Source of the DNA: an uncultured Bdellovibrionales bacterium | Lineage (GTDB): Bacteria; Patescibacteriota; Minisyncoccia; Moranbacterales; UBA1568 | Length of the DNA: 64,000 bases | Direction of reading: 5' to 3' | Assembly: GCA_964500505.1 (NCBI GenBank) | Contig: CAZCNN010000002.1 | Span: 4,081 to 68,080, forward strand | In this document: piece after piece, positions 1-9,094 of the stretch | How positions within the stretch are numbered: the first letter of the stretch is position 1 | How the letters are laid out: the number at the start of each line of letters is the position of its first letter | Program-made: the position numbers and the translations under genes | Notes under the pieces: generated by a model | Databases searched by the model: none | Seen by the model: the letters and a program-made list of their open reading frames with translations, nothing else | Told to the model about the DNA's origin: nothing

Positions 1-18
1 TATTTTTTCAAATGTAAA

Positions 19-78
19 GCCGACTTGCCCGCCTCTGGTGGGTGGTAGCCTCCGGGCAAGAGTAGGTCAGTGCCGGGA
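19..78 (+). rRNA. rrf: 3' portion of a 5S rRNA, interrupted by a 19-nt palindromic insertion at 24-42
   Basis: Removing 24-42 gives GCCGATGGTAGCC-TCCG-GGCAAGAGTAGGTCAGTGCCGGGA, which matches the conserved 5S 3' pattern (GCCGATGGTAG...AGAGTAGG...TGCC). Bases 1-18 do not look like 5S. A terminator follows. Confidence 0.6.
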
Positions 79-106
79 ACATTCCGCTTCAAATACTTTA
101 CGATTT

Positions 107-129
107 ACCTCGCCGTGGCGGGGTTTTTT
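107..129 (+). terminator. Rho-independent terminator after the 5S segment
   Basis: ACCTCGCC-GT-GGCGGGGT followed by a T-tract. Confidence 0.55.
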
Positions 130-169
130 CGTGCTATAATTCAAGTATTCAGAAAGTAACGACGCGCGT

Positions 170-982
170 ATGTCACGGATGGTGCGACGGATTATTATTG
201 CTACGGTATTCTTTGTCTTAAACGCTCTGTTTTGGACGGGAGTGTACTATGCTTTCATCAAGGCGCCGGAGACCTGCTTTGATATGAAACAAAATCAGAA
301 CGAAGAGGGAATGGACTGTGGTGGGGTCTGCGCATCCGCCTGCTATGTACCCGTGACTGGCAAGGAATTTGAGAAGCGTGAAGTGGCCTTTGTGCCAGGT
401 GGGGTGGGCCGCTACGATGTCTTTGCGAAGATTGTGAACGGCAACAGTGACGTCGGAGCCTCATCATTTCGTTATACTTTCAATCTCCTTGATGCTTCTG
501 GCCAGGTCATTGCCTCACGCTCTGGCGAGAATTATATCTTGCCTCAGGAGACCAAGACGCTCATGGAGCTCAACCTCGAATCGGGAGTGACGCCGGCTCT
601 CGCTCTCCTCACGATCACTGACGTCAATTGGGAGCGCTTCTCGGGTTACCAGGAGAAGCCGACCGTCAATATTTATCAGAAGCGCTTTGAACAAACGGGC
701 CTCACCTTTGGCTTTGGCAAGGCCTATGGTCTCGTCTCAAACGAAAGTCCCTATGATTTCCGCTCTATCATAGTGACGGTGATTCTCCGGGATGTTGCTG
801 GTCGACCGCTTGCCATGAACAAAACCGAACAAAATACGGTCCGAGCCGGTGATGCTCGGGACTTCTCACTCGTCTTTCCAACGCCTTTCGTCGGGGAGGT
901 AGCCCGCCTCGACATGGAGGTGGACGCTGATGTCTATCACTCCGACAACTTTGTGAACCAATACTTCGAGGTAGGACGATAG
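170..982 (+). CDS. Membrane-anchored hypothetical protein with Cys-rich motif and Ig-like (FxLYD-like) domains
   Basis: N-terminal TM helix, CFD..QNQNEEGMDCGGVC motif, beta-rich C-terminus; extended -10 TGCTATAAT at 132-140. Confidence 0.7.
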   Translation: MSRMVRRIIIATVFFVLNALFWTGVYYAFIKAPETCFDMKQNQNEEGMDCGGVCASACYVPVTGKEFEKREVAFVPGGVGRYDVFAKIVNGNSDVGASSFRYTFNLLDASGQVIASRSGENYILPQETKTLMELNLESGVTPALALLTITDVNWERFSGYQEKPTVNIYQKRFEQTGLTFGFGKAYGLVSNESPYDFRSIIVTVILRDVAGRPLAMNKTEQNTVRAGDARDFSLVFPTPFVGEVARLDMEVDADVYHSDNFVNQYFEVGR

Positions 983-1010
983 TGGCCGCGAGTGATTGAT
1001 TTCTTACCCT

Positions 1011-2126
1011 ATGACTCGCCTCTTCTCCAAGTTTGACTGGATTCTTGTGACGGTCTCAGCCCTGATTCTTCTGGTGGGACTCTTGGCGCTCTACAGTCTC
1101 TCAGCAGCAGGGGGAACCAACTACTTCCTGAAGCAGGCCCTCTTCGGCATTCTCGGCTTCGGAGCCATGTTTTTTATGGGGTCGCTTGATTACCGCCATA
1201 TCCAGCGATATAGCACGCTTCTTTACTTTGTCACCGTGATCGTCCTTTTCTTGGTGCTCCTCTTTGGGACCACCATCAATGGGACCGCTGGTTGGCTCTC
1301 CTTTGGTTTCTTTCAGGTCCAGCCGGTCGAGGTAGCCAAGGTAACCCTCATCATTTTCCTTGCGAGCTTTATTTCCAAGAAAAAGTCCGAGCTCGGCGAG
1401 TGGACTCGCGTGATTGCTTCGCTCATCCTCTCGGCAGTGCTCATTTTCCTCGTCTTACGTCAGCCTGACCTCGGGTCATCCTTGGTCCTTGCCTCTATCT
1501 GGGGTGGGATGATCCTCGCTTCGGGACTCCACCTCAAGCACTTTGTGGTCCTCAGTATCTTGGGGGCGCTCCTCGTCTCAGGGAGTTGGTTCCTGTTGGC
1601 GGACTATCAGAAGGCTCGCATTGATACTTTTCTTCATCCAGAGAACGATCCACAGGGATCGGGGTACAATGTCCTCCAGGCCATGGTGGCGGTCGGTTCT
1701 GGGGGCGTTTCTGGCAAGGGCCTCGGGTATGGTTCACAGTCTCAGCTGTCGTTTCTCCCCGAGAAGCACACCGACTTTATCTACGCGGTGATAGCGGAAG
1801 AGCTCGGGATGGTAGGGGCGTGGTTTGTGATCGCTCTCTATGCGGTCCTCCTCTACCGGATCAGGCGGATTGGGGTGCTTGCGAGTGACAACTTTGGCTA
1901 TCTTCTCTCTCTTGGTGTGATGATCATGATTTTTGTCCAGATTCTCATCAACCTCGGGATGAATGTAGGTCTCCTCCCGGTGACCGGTCTCCCCGCGCCG
2001 CTTCTCTCGTACGGGGGGAGTTCACTCCTCTCGCTCTCAGCCTCGCTCGGCCTCCTTCTCTCCGTCTACCAGCGCAAAAAAGGGGTTGATGATATGCGTA
2101 TGTCCCTCGAACGGAGTCTCCTCTAA
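1011..2126 (+). CDS. rodA: Rod shape-determining peptidoglycan polymerase RodA (SEDS family)
   Basis: QPVEVAK, RQPDLG, LPEKHTDFI, GLPAPLLSYGGSS motifs; multiple TM helices. Confidence 0.93.
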   Translation: MTRLFSKFDWILVTVSALILLVGLLALYSLSAAGGTNYFLKQALFGILGFGAMFFMGSLDYRHIQRYSTLLYFVTVIVLFLVLLFGTTINGTAGWLSFGFFQVQPVEVAKVTLIIFLASFISKKKSELGEWTRVIASLILSAVLIFLVLRQPDLGSSLVLASIWGGMILASGLHLKHFVVLSILGALLVSGSWFLLADYQKARIDTFLHPENDPQGSGYNVLQAMVAVGSGGVSGKGLGYGSQSQLSFLPEKHTDFIYAVIAEELGMVGAWFVIALYAVLLYRIRRIGVLASDNFGYLLSLGVMIMIFVQILINLGMNVGLLPVTGLPAPLLSYGGSSLLSLSASLGLLLSVYQRKKGVDDMRMSLERSLL

Positions 2127-2234
2127 ATATGCTTTATCGGTTGACGTTTTTCTCCTTTTTTGCTAGACTAAAAGGGCTTAAAAAAGGGATTATTGACCAA
2201 AAATTGGTCAGTTTTCGGACAAATTTTGTACTCT

Positions 2235-2456
2235 ATGCGTTCGCTCCTCATCGCTCAAACTGTGGTCGCTGTGCTCCTTTCGGTCTCGATTCTCCTACAG
2301 AATCGGGGATCTGGTCTGGGGGCGGCCTTTGGCGGTGATTTTGGTGGGTTTTACACCAAGCGGGGTCTGGAAAAGTTTTTTATCTATGCGACGGTAGTGT
2401 TTGCCGTCGTCTTTCTCGCGCTCGGGATTATCAACGTCCGATTGTCTGTCATTTGA
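2235..2456 (+). CDS. secG: Preprotein translocase subunit SecG
   Basis: Two TM helices flanking ILLQNRGSGLGAAFGG...RGLEK. Confidence 0.9.
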   Translation: MRSLLIAQTVVAVLLSVSILLQNRGSGLGAAFGGDFGGFYTKRGLEKFFIYATVVFAVVFLALGIINVRLSVI

Positions 2457-2511
2457 TGAGCGAGGGGTGTAAGAATTAATACCAAGTTTTATTAGTCGCA
2501 TCTTCCGCATC

Positions 2512-4200
2512 TTGAATATCTTACGGAGACGCCAGTGGTTGGCTCTGTTTCAGGCGCTCCAGATTCGTGATCGTATTCTCGTCCTCTTTTTTGCGACTCT
2601 CGGCTTAGGAGCTCTCCTCTTTTGGCTCGGTGCGCTCTATATCGCCTCGACCCAGGCCGTCCCGGATTTTGGAGGGGAGTATACCGAGGGCATCGTTTCA
2701 CAGCCACGCTATATCAACCCGATTCTTTCTCAGACGAGCGAGGCTGATGCTGATATCTCCGGCCTCATTTATGAAGGTCTCTATGGCTATGACCGCGAGG
2801 GGAAACTCGAGAAGCGATTGGCTACGGATTCTACGCTTTCAGAAGACGGGCGTATCTATACTGTGACCTTGAGGCAGGGAATCAAGTGGCATGATGGCGA
2901 AGAATTGACCGCCGATGATGTGCTCTATACGGTCCAGGCTATCCAGGACCCGGCCTACAAGAGCCCACTCCGGGCCAATTGGTTGTCAGTGGAGGCAGGA
3001 GCGGTCGATCGTTATACTCTCACTTTTACCCTCAAAAAGAGCTATTTTGGTTTTCTCGAGAATTTGACCGTCGGCATCCTCCCCAAGCACATCTGGGAAA
3101 ATATTGCTCCAGAAAACTTTCTCCTCGCTGACTATAACTTGGCACCGATAGGGGCTGGTCCCTACCGTTTCTATGATTCCGAAAAGGATTCAAGCGGCAA
3201 TATGTTGACCTATGAGCTCCGTGCCTTTGACGGGTACTATGCTGGTATGCCACATATCGAGAAAATGGCCTTTCATTTTTACCCAGATGAACCTTCACTT
3301 CTCGATGCCTACAACCGGAAAGAAGTCCTCGGGATTAACTCTGTCACGCCAGAAAATATCGCACTCGTAGAAGAACGCAAGAGTGCTCGTGTCTACGAGA
3401 TGGCAATCCCACGTATCTTTGCGGTATTTTTCAACATCACGAAGAGTGCGGTTCTGGCTCACGACGAGGTCCGGGGAGCGCTCTCGTATGCGACTGATCG
3501 TGAAGCTATCATCCGTGAAGTACTCCTCGGCAAGGGAGTGCCTGCTGAGACAGCCCTCCTCCCGTTTATGAATGGCTATGCTACTGATATCACCTTTCCA
3601 CGTTATGATGAGAACCAAGCCAATACCATCCTCGATCAGAATAACTGGAAGCGTGGGGAAGATGGTATCCGAGCCAAAGATGGTACGGTGCTTGCTTTTG
3701 AGCTCAAAGTGCCTGACTGGCCGGAACTCGTCCAAACGGCCGAACTCCTTCGGGCCCAGTGGGAAAAGGTAGGAGCTCGGGTGACCGTGACCGCCGAGAG
3801 CGCGGGGGATCTCCAGCAGAATAGCGTGCGACCACGCGAGTATGGGGCACTCCTCTTTGGTGAGGCAGCGATGATTGATTCGGACCCGTATTCGTTTTGG
3901 CACTCCAGTCAAAAGCATGACCCAGGTCTCAATCTGGCGGTGTTCGATAACAAAGACGTCGATGATATCCTCTTGTCGCTTCGTGAGACGACGGATGTCG
4001 AGAAACGCAAAGAGTACTACCGTTCTTTTCAGGATATCTTGGCGCGAGAGCACCCGGCAGTATTCCTCTATAGTCCGACCTATCTCTATGTGGTGAATAG
4101 CTCGCTCAAGGGCATCGAAGTGAAAAGTATCAATGCTCCAGCTCACCGGTTTAGCACCGTCAAGGACTGGTATATTAAAACGAAGCGCGTAAAAAAATAA
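2512..4200 (+). CDS. ABC transporter substrate-binding protein, family 5 (OppA/AppA-like), TM-anchored; start uncertain
   Basis: LRQGIKWHDGEELTADDV, PIGAGPY, DPYSFWHSSQ motifs. Confidence 0.9.
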   Translation: MNILRRRQWLALFQALQIRDRILVLFFATLGLGALLFWLGALYIASTQAVPDFGGEYTEGIVSQPRYINPILSQTSEADADISGLIYEGLYGYDREGKLEKRLATDSTLSEDGRIYTVTLRQGIKWHDGEELTADDVLYTVQAIQDPAYKSPLRANWLSVEAGAVDRYTLTFTLKKSYFGFLENLTVGILPKHIWENIAPENFLLADYNLAPIGAGPYRFYDSEKDSSGNMLTYELRAFDGYYAGMPHIEKMAFHFYPDEPSLLDAYNRKEVLGINSVTPENIALVEERKSARVYEMAIPRIFAVFFNITKSAVLAHDEVRGALSYATDREAIIREVLLGKGVPAETALLPFMNGYATDITFPRYDENQANTILDQNNWKRGEDGIRAKDGTVLAFELKVPDWPELVQTAELLRAQWEKVGARVTVTAESAGDLQQNSVRPREYGALLFGEAAMIDSDPYSFWHSSQKHDPGLNLAVFDNKDVDDILLSLRETTDVEKRKEYYRSFQDILAREHPAVFLYSPTYLYVVNSSLKGIEVKSINAPAHRFSTVKDWYIKTKRVKK

Positions 4201-4216
4201 TACATCTCCAAATCCT

Positions 4217-5242
4217 ATGACTCATCCACTCGATACCTCCAACCTCCGTCAGATGATTCTGGAAAGCCCGAGCCAGCTCCCCGTGGGTCTTTCACTTGGA
4301 AAAGGCGTGAGCGTGCCGGGCACCTTTCGCTCGATTATGATTTCTGGGATGGGAGGATCTGCTCTTCCGGGCAATCTGTTCCGTATTTACCTCCATGAAT
4401 TGTTCCGCACCGCCGAGTCAGCTCCTCAGCCACTCGCCATTTATCAGAATCGTTCGTATAGCTTACCGCCTGAGAGTTTTGATCAGTGTCTCAATTTTAT
4501 CTGTTCGTATTCAGGTAATACCGAAGAAACCGTCGCTTCGTTTGAAGAAGCTCTCAAGCACAAGCTCCCGTGTATTGCTGTCTCAGCCGGGGGCAAGATA
4601 GAGGCCATGGCCAAAGAGCATGGCATCCCTCATATCAAGCTCCCGATTCCGTTTGAGAATTTTCAACCGCGAGTTGGAACCGGGTATTTCTTTGGAGCGA
4701 TGTTCCAGGTGCTCGTCAATCAGGGACTGGTGCCGGATGTGACCTCGACCCTCATCGCCGAGGCGGAGGCACTCCAGACCCAGATAGGGGCGCTCGAGGA
4801 GCAGGGGAAAGCGCTCGCTGAGAAAATGGCGGGCAAAACCCCGGTTATCTATGCTACCGCCAAGTACAAATCAGTCGCAATGGTCTGGAAAATCAAGCTC
4901 AACGAAAACGCCAAAACCCCAGCTTTTTGGAACTTTTTCCCGGAGCTCAATCATAACGAAATGGTTGGTTGGACCCTCCCACAGAGTCAGTTTTTTGTCC
5001 TCATGCTGCGTGATCTGGCGACCCATCCCCAGAACCTGAAGCGGTTTGAGATAACGGCCGAATTATTGCGCAAACAAGGGGTAGAAGTCGAGATACTTGA
5101 CATGGCAGGCGGAAGCGTGTATAGTAAGGTATTCACAAGTATCGCCTTGGGCGATTTCACTTCTTATCATCTCGCCCTCAAGTATGGGCAGGATCCGACG
5201 CCGGTGGCTATGGTAGAGGAGCTGAAGAAACTACTCGCGTAG
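4217..5242 (+). CDS. Bifunctional phosphoglucose/phosphomannose isomerase
   Basis: SIS motifs GMGGSA and SYSGNTEET; WKIKLNENAK and PELNHNE. Confidence 0.92.
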   Translation: MTHPLDTSNLRQMILESPSQLPVGLSLGKGVSVPGTFRSIMISGMGGSALPGNLFRIYLHELFRTAESAPQPLAIYQNRSYSLPPESFDQCLNFICSYSGNTEETVASFEEALKHKLPCIAVSAGGKIEAMAKEHGIPHIKLPIPFENFQPRVGTGYFFGAMFQVLVNQGLVPDVTSTLIAEAEALQTQIGALEEQGKALAEKMAGKTPVIYATAKYKSVAMVWKIKLNENAKTPAFWNFFPELNHNEMVGWTLPQSQFFVLMLRDLATHPQNLKRFEITAELLRKQGVEVEILDMAGGSVYSKVFTSIALGDFTSYHLALKYGQDPTPVAMVEELKKLLA

Positions 5243-5357
5243 TTTTGTATTACAGACGGGTGGAGATTTATGATTGCAGAGTGGAGTGTTTGCCCAATTG
5301 GGCAAATCTTCGGTCTTCAGTCCTCAATCTTTGTGGCATGCCCTGGTGACAGGAATT

Positions 5358-5396
5358 CCTGCCCGCAATGTCTACGCCATAGGCGTTGCAGGCGGG
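5358..5396. repeat. REP-like palindromic repeat (CCTGCCCG...CGTTGCAGGCGGG)
   Basis: Shares both ends with the copy at 10081-10117. Confidence 0.65.
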
Positions 5397-5418
5397 GGGT
5401 AGACGCAAGCAAATAATA

Positions 5419-5505
5419 GCCGACGTGGTGAAATTGGTATACACGCTAGCTTCAGGTGCTAGTTCTCGCAAGGGAGTGAGAGTTCAAGTCTCTCCGTCGG
5501 CACCA
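5419..5505 (+). tRNA. tRNA-Leu(CAG), CCA encoded
   Basis: Acceptor stem GCCGACG/CGTCGGC, anticodon stem CTAGC-TTCAGGT-GCTAG, long variable arm, T-loop GTTCAAGTC, 3' ACCA. Confidence 0.96.
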
Positions 5506-5669
5506 CGTAAAACGAATCTTGAGAGATTCGTCACGTGGCAAGCAACAAACCATTTTTTGGTGAGGTGTCTGTCATGTGGATATATTTCGTGTAAATCATT
5601 CTTAGTAGGGTTCATGGTGAGCCAGAGGCGGTTTCCGCTTCCGCGCACCTCCGAACCCCAAAACGCAGT

Positions 5670-7793
5670 ATGCAGCAGTATAACAACAATGGAGGAGGCA
5701 ATCGGTCCACACGACCGATGGATGTCTCTCCCCACGGAAGCCAGCCTTCACGTGGTCAACTCGCGAGAAAACCAGCTCCTGTGCTCGGTGTTCCCAAAAC
5801 AAGCGGTATTGGTGCCTTTGAGGGCATCGTCGCTCGTGAGCAGGCACCCAAGGGTACTCCTCGGGGTCCTCTCGGTGGCAAACCCGCTCCGCGTCCGTTT
5901 GTCAAAAAGACGGAGGTAAAAGTAGGGGGCGCACCAGTCGTGGCTGGGAGCAAGTCCGAATCACAGAATCGTACCCACGCTCCACGCCAGGGTGGCGCCA
6001 AAGGAGGACAGCGTGGTGGAGCGCGCGGGGGCCGTGGTGGCAACCGTCGTTTTCAGCAGACCATGCCGAACCGGCTCGAGCCGAAGAAGATAGGCCCAGC
6101 GATCCCGACTATCCCCGAGAAGACACTTCGGATCATTCCACTTGGTGGCCAGGAAGAAGTCGGTCGCAACATGACTGTCTTTGAGTATGGCAACGACATC
6201 GTCATCATCGACATGGGCGTCCAATTCCCCGAAGAGGACATGCCCGGCATCGACTATATCGTGCCAAACGTGAGCTATCTCAAGGGCAAAGAAAAAAATA
6301 TCCGTGGTGTGCTCTTTACTCATGGTCACCTCGACCATATCGGGGCCGCTCCGATACTCTTGAAGCAACTGAATTACCCGACCATTATCGGTCGTGATTT
6401 TACCCTCGCCCTCATCAAACACAAGGTGGAAGACCAGGAAAAGGGTGCAGCCAGCCGTCTCAAGACGGTGCGCGTCAAGTCCCTCGAAGATCGGATCAAG
6501 CTCGGCGTATTCGAGGTCCGTTTCTTTGAAGTGGAGCACTCGATTATGGATGCCATGGGCATCGCGCTCGTGACGCCGAACGGCTCTATTATCCACCTTG
6601 GTGACTGGATGATTAGTAACGAGCCAGTCGAACCAAACGACGTCTCCTACAATCATCTCGAGTCACTCCCACAGCCGACCTTTCTCATGCTCGAGAGCCT
6701 CGGAGCGACCAAGAAGGGGATGCCACCATCAGAGACCGAAGTCCATACCAACCTCCAGAACCTCATCCGGACGGCACCAGGGCGGATCATCATAGGGACC
6801 TTTGCCTCGCAGGTACGTCGTATTGCATACCTCATCGAGTACGCGGAGAAGCAGGGGAAGCGAGTGGCTCTTGAGGGCTACAGCATGAAGATGAACATCG
6901 AAGTAGCCAAAGAACTCGGCTACATCAAGGTGAAGAAGGAGACTCTTATCACCGTAAACGACATCCACAAGTATCCCGACAACCAAATCGTGGTCATCTG
7001 TACCGGTGCTCAGGGCGAGCAAAACGCCGCTCTCTCGCGCATCGTGACCGACAACCACCGGTTCATCAAACTCCAGAAGAACGACACCATCGTCTTTTCG
7101 AGTTCGGTCATCCCCGGGAACGAGCGCAGTATTCAGCGTCTCAAAGACAACCTCTATCGGAAGTGTGACAACGTGATTCATAGTGATATCATGGAGATCC
7201 ACGTCGGTGGTCACGGCACCATCTGGGAAATCGAGGAAATCATCCGTCAGGTCAAAGCGACGTATATCCTCCCAGTCTATGCCAACCACTACTTTATCAA
7301 GGAAGCGGCCAAAATTGCCTATCGCCTGGGATATCCCGATAAGAACGTCTTTGTGATGGACAATGGTCACGTCCTCGAAGTGCCCGCGAAAGACGAGGGC
7401 TTCCCGCATCTCATCGCTGAAAAGGCTGACTCAAGCTATGTCTTTATCGATGGTCTCGGCGTCGGTGATATCGGCCACGTCGTCCTCCGTGATCGTCAGA
7501 TGCTCGCTCAGGATGGGATGGTGGTCGTCACTGTCGTCATCGACAGCAAATCCAAGAAAATTATCGGTACCGTCCAGGTCACCTCACGGGGCTTTATCCA
7601 CGTCAAAGAGAATTTTGACCTGGTGAATGAAGCCAAGCGCAAGGTAGAAAAGGTGGTCAAAGACACGACTTCCAAAGAAACTTCGATTGACTGGGATATG
7701 GTCCGGAATCAAATCCGCGAAGTCCTCGGCCAGTTCCTCTTTACCAAGACGGAGCGCCGTCCGATGATCTTGCCAGTCGTGATTGAAGTGTAA
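5670..7793 (+). CDS. rnj: Ribonuclease J with a long Gly/Arg/Pro-rich N-terminal extension
   Basis: IPLGGQEEVGRNM, THGHLDHIG, TGAQGE, IPGNE, RRPMILPVVIEV. Confidence 0.95.
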   Translation: MQQYNNNGGGNRSTRPMDVSPHGSQPSRGQLARKPAPVLGVPKTSGIGAFEGIVAREQAPKGTPRGPLGGKPAPRPFVKKTEVKVGGAPVVAGSKSESQNRTHAPRQGGAKGGQRGGARGGRGGNRRFQQTMPNRLEPKKIGPAIPTIPEKTLRIIPLGGQEEVGRNMTVFEYGNDIVIIDMGVQFPEEDMPGIDYIVPNVSYLKGKEKNIRGVLFTHGHLDHIGAAPILLKQLNYPTIIGRDFTLALIKHKVEDQEKGAASRLKTVRVKSLEDRIKLGVFEVRFFEVEHSIMDAMGIALVTPNGSIIHLGDWMISNEPVEPNDVSYNHLESLPQPTFLMLESLGATKKGMPPSETEVHTNLQNLIRTAPGRIIIGTFASQVRRIAYLIEYAEKQGKRVALEGYSMKMNIEVAKELGYIKVKKETLITVNDIHKYPDNQIVVICTGAQGEQNAALSRIVTDNHRFIKLQKNDTIVFSSSVIPGNERSIQRLKDNLYRKCDNVIHSDIMEIHVGGHGTIWEIEEIIRQVKATYILPVYANHYFIKEAAKIAYRLGYPDKNVFVMDNGHVLEVPAKDEGFPHLIAEKADSSYVFIDGLGVGDIGHVVLRDRQMLAQDGMVVVTVVIDSKSKKIIGTVQVTSRGFIHVKENFDLVNEAKRKVEKVVKDTTSKETSIDWDMVRNQIREVLGQFLFTKTERRPMILPVVIEV

Positions 7794-7831
7794 TTGCCGA
7801 TGAATTATGAATTCTGAAGCATGAATCTTGA

Positions 7832-7860
7832 GAAAAAGCTCCCTTCGGGGAGCTTTTTTC
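7832..7860 (+). terminator. Rho-independent terminator of rnj
   Basis: GAAAAAGCTCCC-TTCG-GGGAGCTTTTTTC. Confidence 0.85.
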
Positions 7861-7861
7861 G

Positions 7862-8036
7862 AAAACTCCCCACTCCACAAGTAACTTTTTGTCTCTGTTT
7901 CGGACTCAGAAAGGCTCTGGATAAGCAGAAAAAGTCGCCCCCATAGAACGGCGGGCCACAGCTCTTTTTCTGAATCCAGAGCCATTCTTCAGACAACGAA
8001 ACAGTAGCCAAAAAATTCTTGCGAGCAGGGAGTTTT
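7862..8036. other. About 175-nt imperfect inverted repeat (rod-like hairpin)
   Basis: Nested pairs AAAACTCCC/GGGAGTTTT, CTGTTTCG/CGAAACAG, GGCTCTGGAT/ATCCAGAGCC, CAGAAAAAG/CTTTTTCTG. Confidence 0.75.
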
Positions 8037-8102
8037 TTGTTTCTCTCTCGTTGGAGGGCAAGTATGCTACAATAGAGCTGTTAACCGTTCGAATACACAT
8101 CT

Positions 8103-9083
8103 ATGAAACGGCTTTTTTCGGGCATCCAACCATCGGGCAATCTCCACCTCGGGAACTATCTCGGCGCCATCAAGCAGTGGGTGGACATGCAAAACGACCA
8201 CGAGGCGATATTTTGTATCGTGGATTTGCACGCCATCACTGTAGCCCAGGACCCCGTGGCACTGCGTGCCAAGACCCTGGAGATTGCCAAGATTTATCTC
8301 GCTTCTGGTATCGACCCTGAGAAATCCACACTTTTCATCCAGTCCCACATCCCAGCCCACACCGAGCTCGGGTGGATACTGAATACCATCGCTCGAATGG
8401 CCGAGCTCGAGCGGATGACCCAGTTCAAGGACAAGGCGCAAAAGGGTGGTGCGAGCGAGTCAGGCGTCGGACTTTTTGCTTATCCAGTCCTGATGGCCGC
8501 AGATATTCTCCTCTATGATACCCATGTGGTACCGGTGGGGGATGACCAGATGCAGCATATTGAATTAGCCCGTGATTTAGCCGAGCGCTTCAATAAACGA
8601 TTTGGTGAAACCTTTGTGGTACCAGAGGGCCGGGTGACCAAAGAAGGGGCGCGTATCATGGGACTCGACGACCCGAGCAAAAAAATGTCCAAGTCCGCTC
8701 CGAGCGAGTACAACTATATCGCGCTCACCGATGATGCTGATACCGTGAGACGCAAGATCAAGAAGGCGGTGACGGATTCAGGAAGTGAGATTGTGTATTC
8801 TGATGAGAAACCCGCACTCAAAAACCTCATTAACATCTACACGCTCCTCTCAGGGAAAACCCCACAGGAGATAGAAGCTCTGTATGTGGGCCGAGGGTAT
8901 GGTGATTTCAAGACCGACCTGGCCGAAGTCGTCGTGGGATTCCTCGCTCCCTTTCAGGAGCGCCTCTTGGCCCTCTCTGATGATGATGTCCTCACGATCC
9001 TCCGCGCTGGCGCCAACAAAGTGCGTCCACTGGCCGAGGACAAACTCCGCCAGGTATACGACAAAATGGGTCTGATTGCCTAA
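8103..9083 (+). CDS. trpS: Tryptophan--tRNA ligase
   Basis: SGIQPSG, HLGN, YPVLMAADIL, VPVGDDQ, KMSKS. Confidence 0.97.
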   Translation: MKRLFSGIQPSGNLHLGNYLGAIKQWVDMQNDHEAIFCIVDLHAITVAQDPVALRAKTLEIAKIYLASGIDPEKSTLFIQSHIPAHTELGWILNTIARMAELERMTQFKDKAQKGGASESGVGLFAYPVLMAADILLYDTHVVPVGDDQMQHIELARDLAERFNKRFGETFVVPEGRVTKEGARIMGLDDPSKKMSKSAPSEYNYIALTDDADTVRRKIKKAVTDSGSEIVYSDEKPALKNLINIYTLLSGKTPQEIEALYVGRGYGDFKTDLAEVVVGFLAPFQERLLALSDDDVLTILRAGANKVRPLAEDKLRQVYDKMGLIA

Positions 9084-9094
9084 CACGTTCCGGT

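Noticed and set aside
5386-5919. 177-aa ORF
   Set aside because: Overlaps tRNA-Leu and rnj out of frame.
7800-7826. Heptamer-like repeats ATGAATT (also ATGTAGT/ATGTAGA/ATGTTGA at about 52015-52038)
   Set aside because: Only 3-4 degenerate units; too weak to assign a function.
7862-8100. T-box riboswitch upstream of trpS
   Set aside because: No T-box sequence (GGTGGNACCGCG) is present, and the likely promoter lies downstream of the hairpin.
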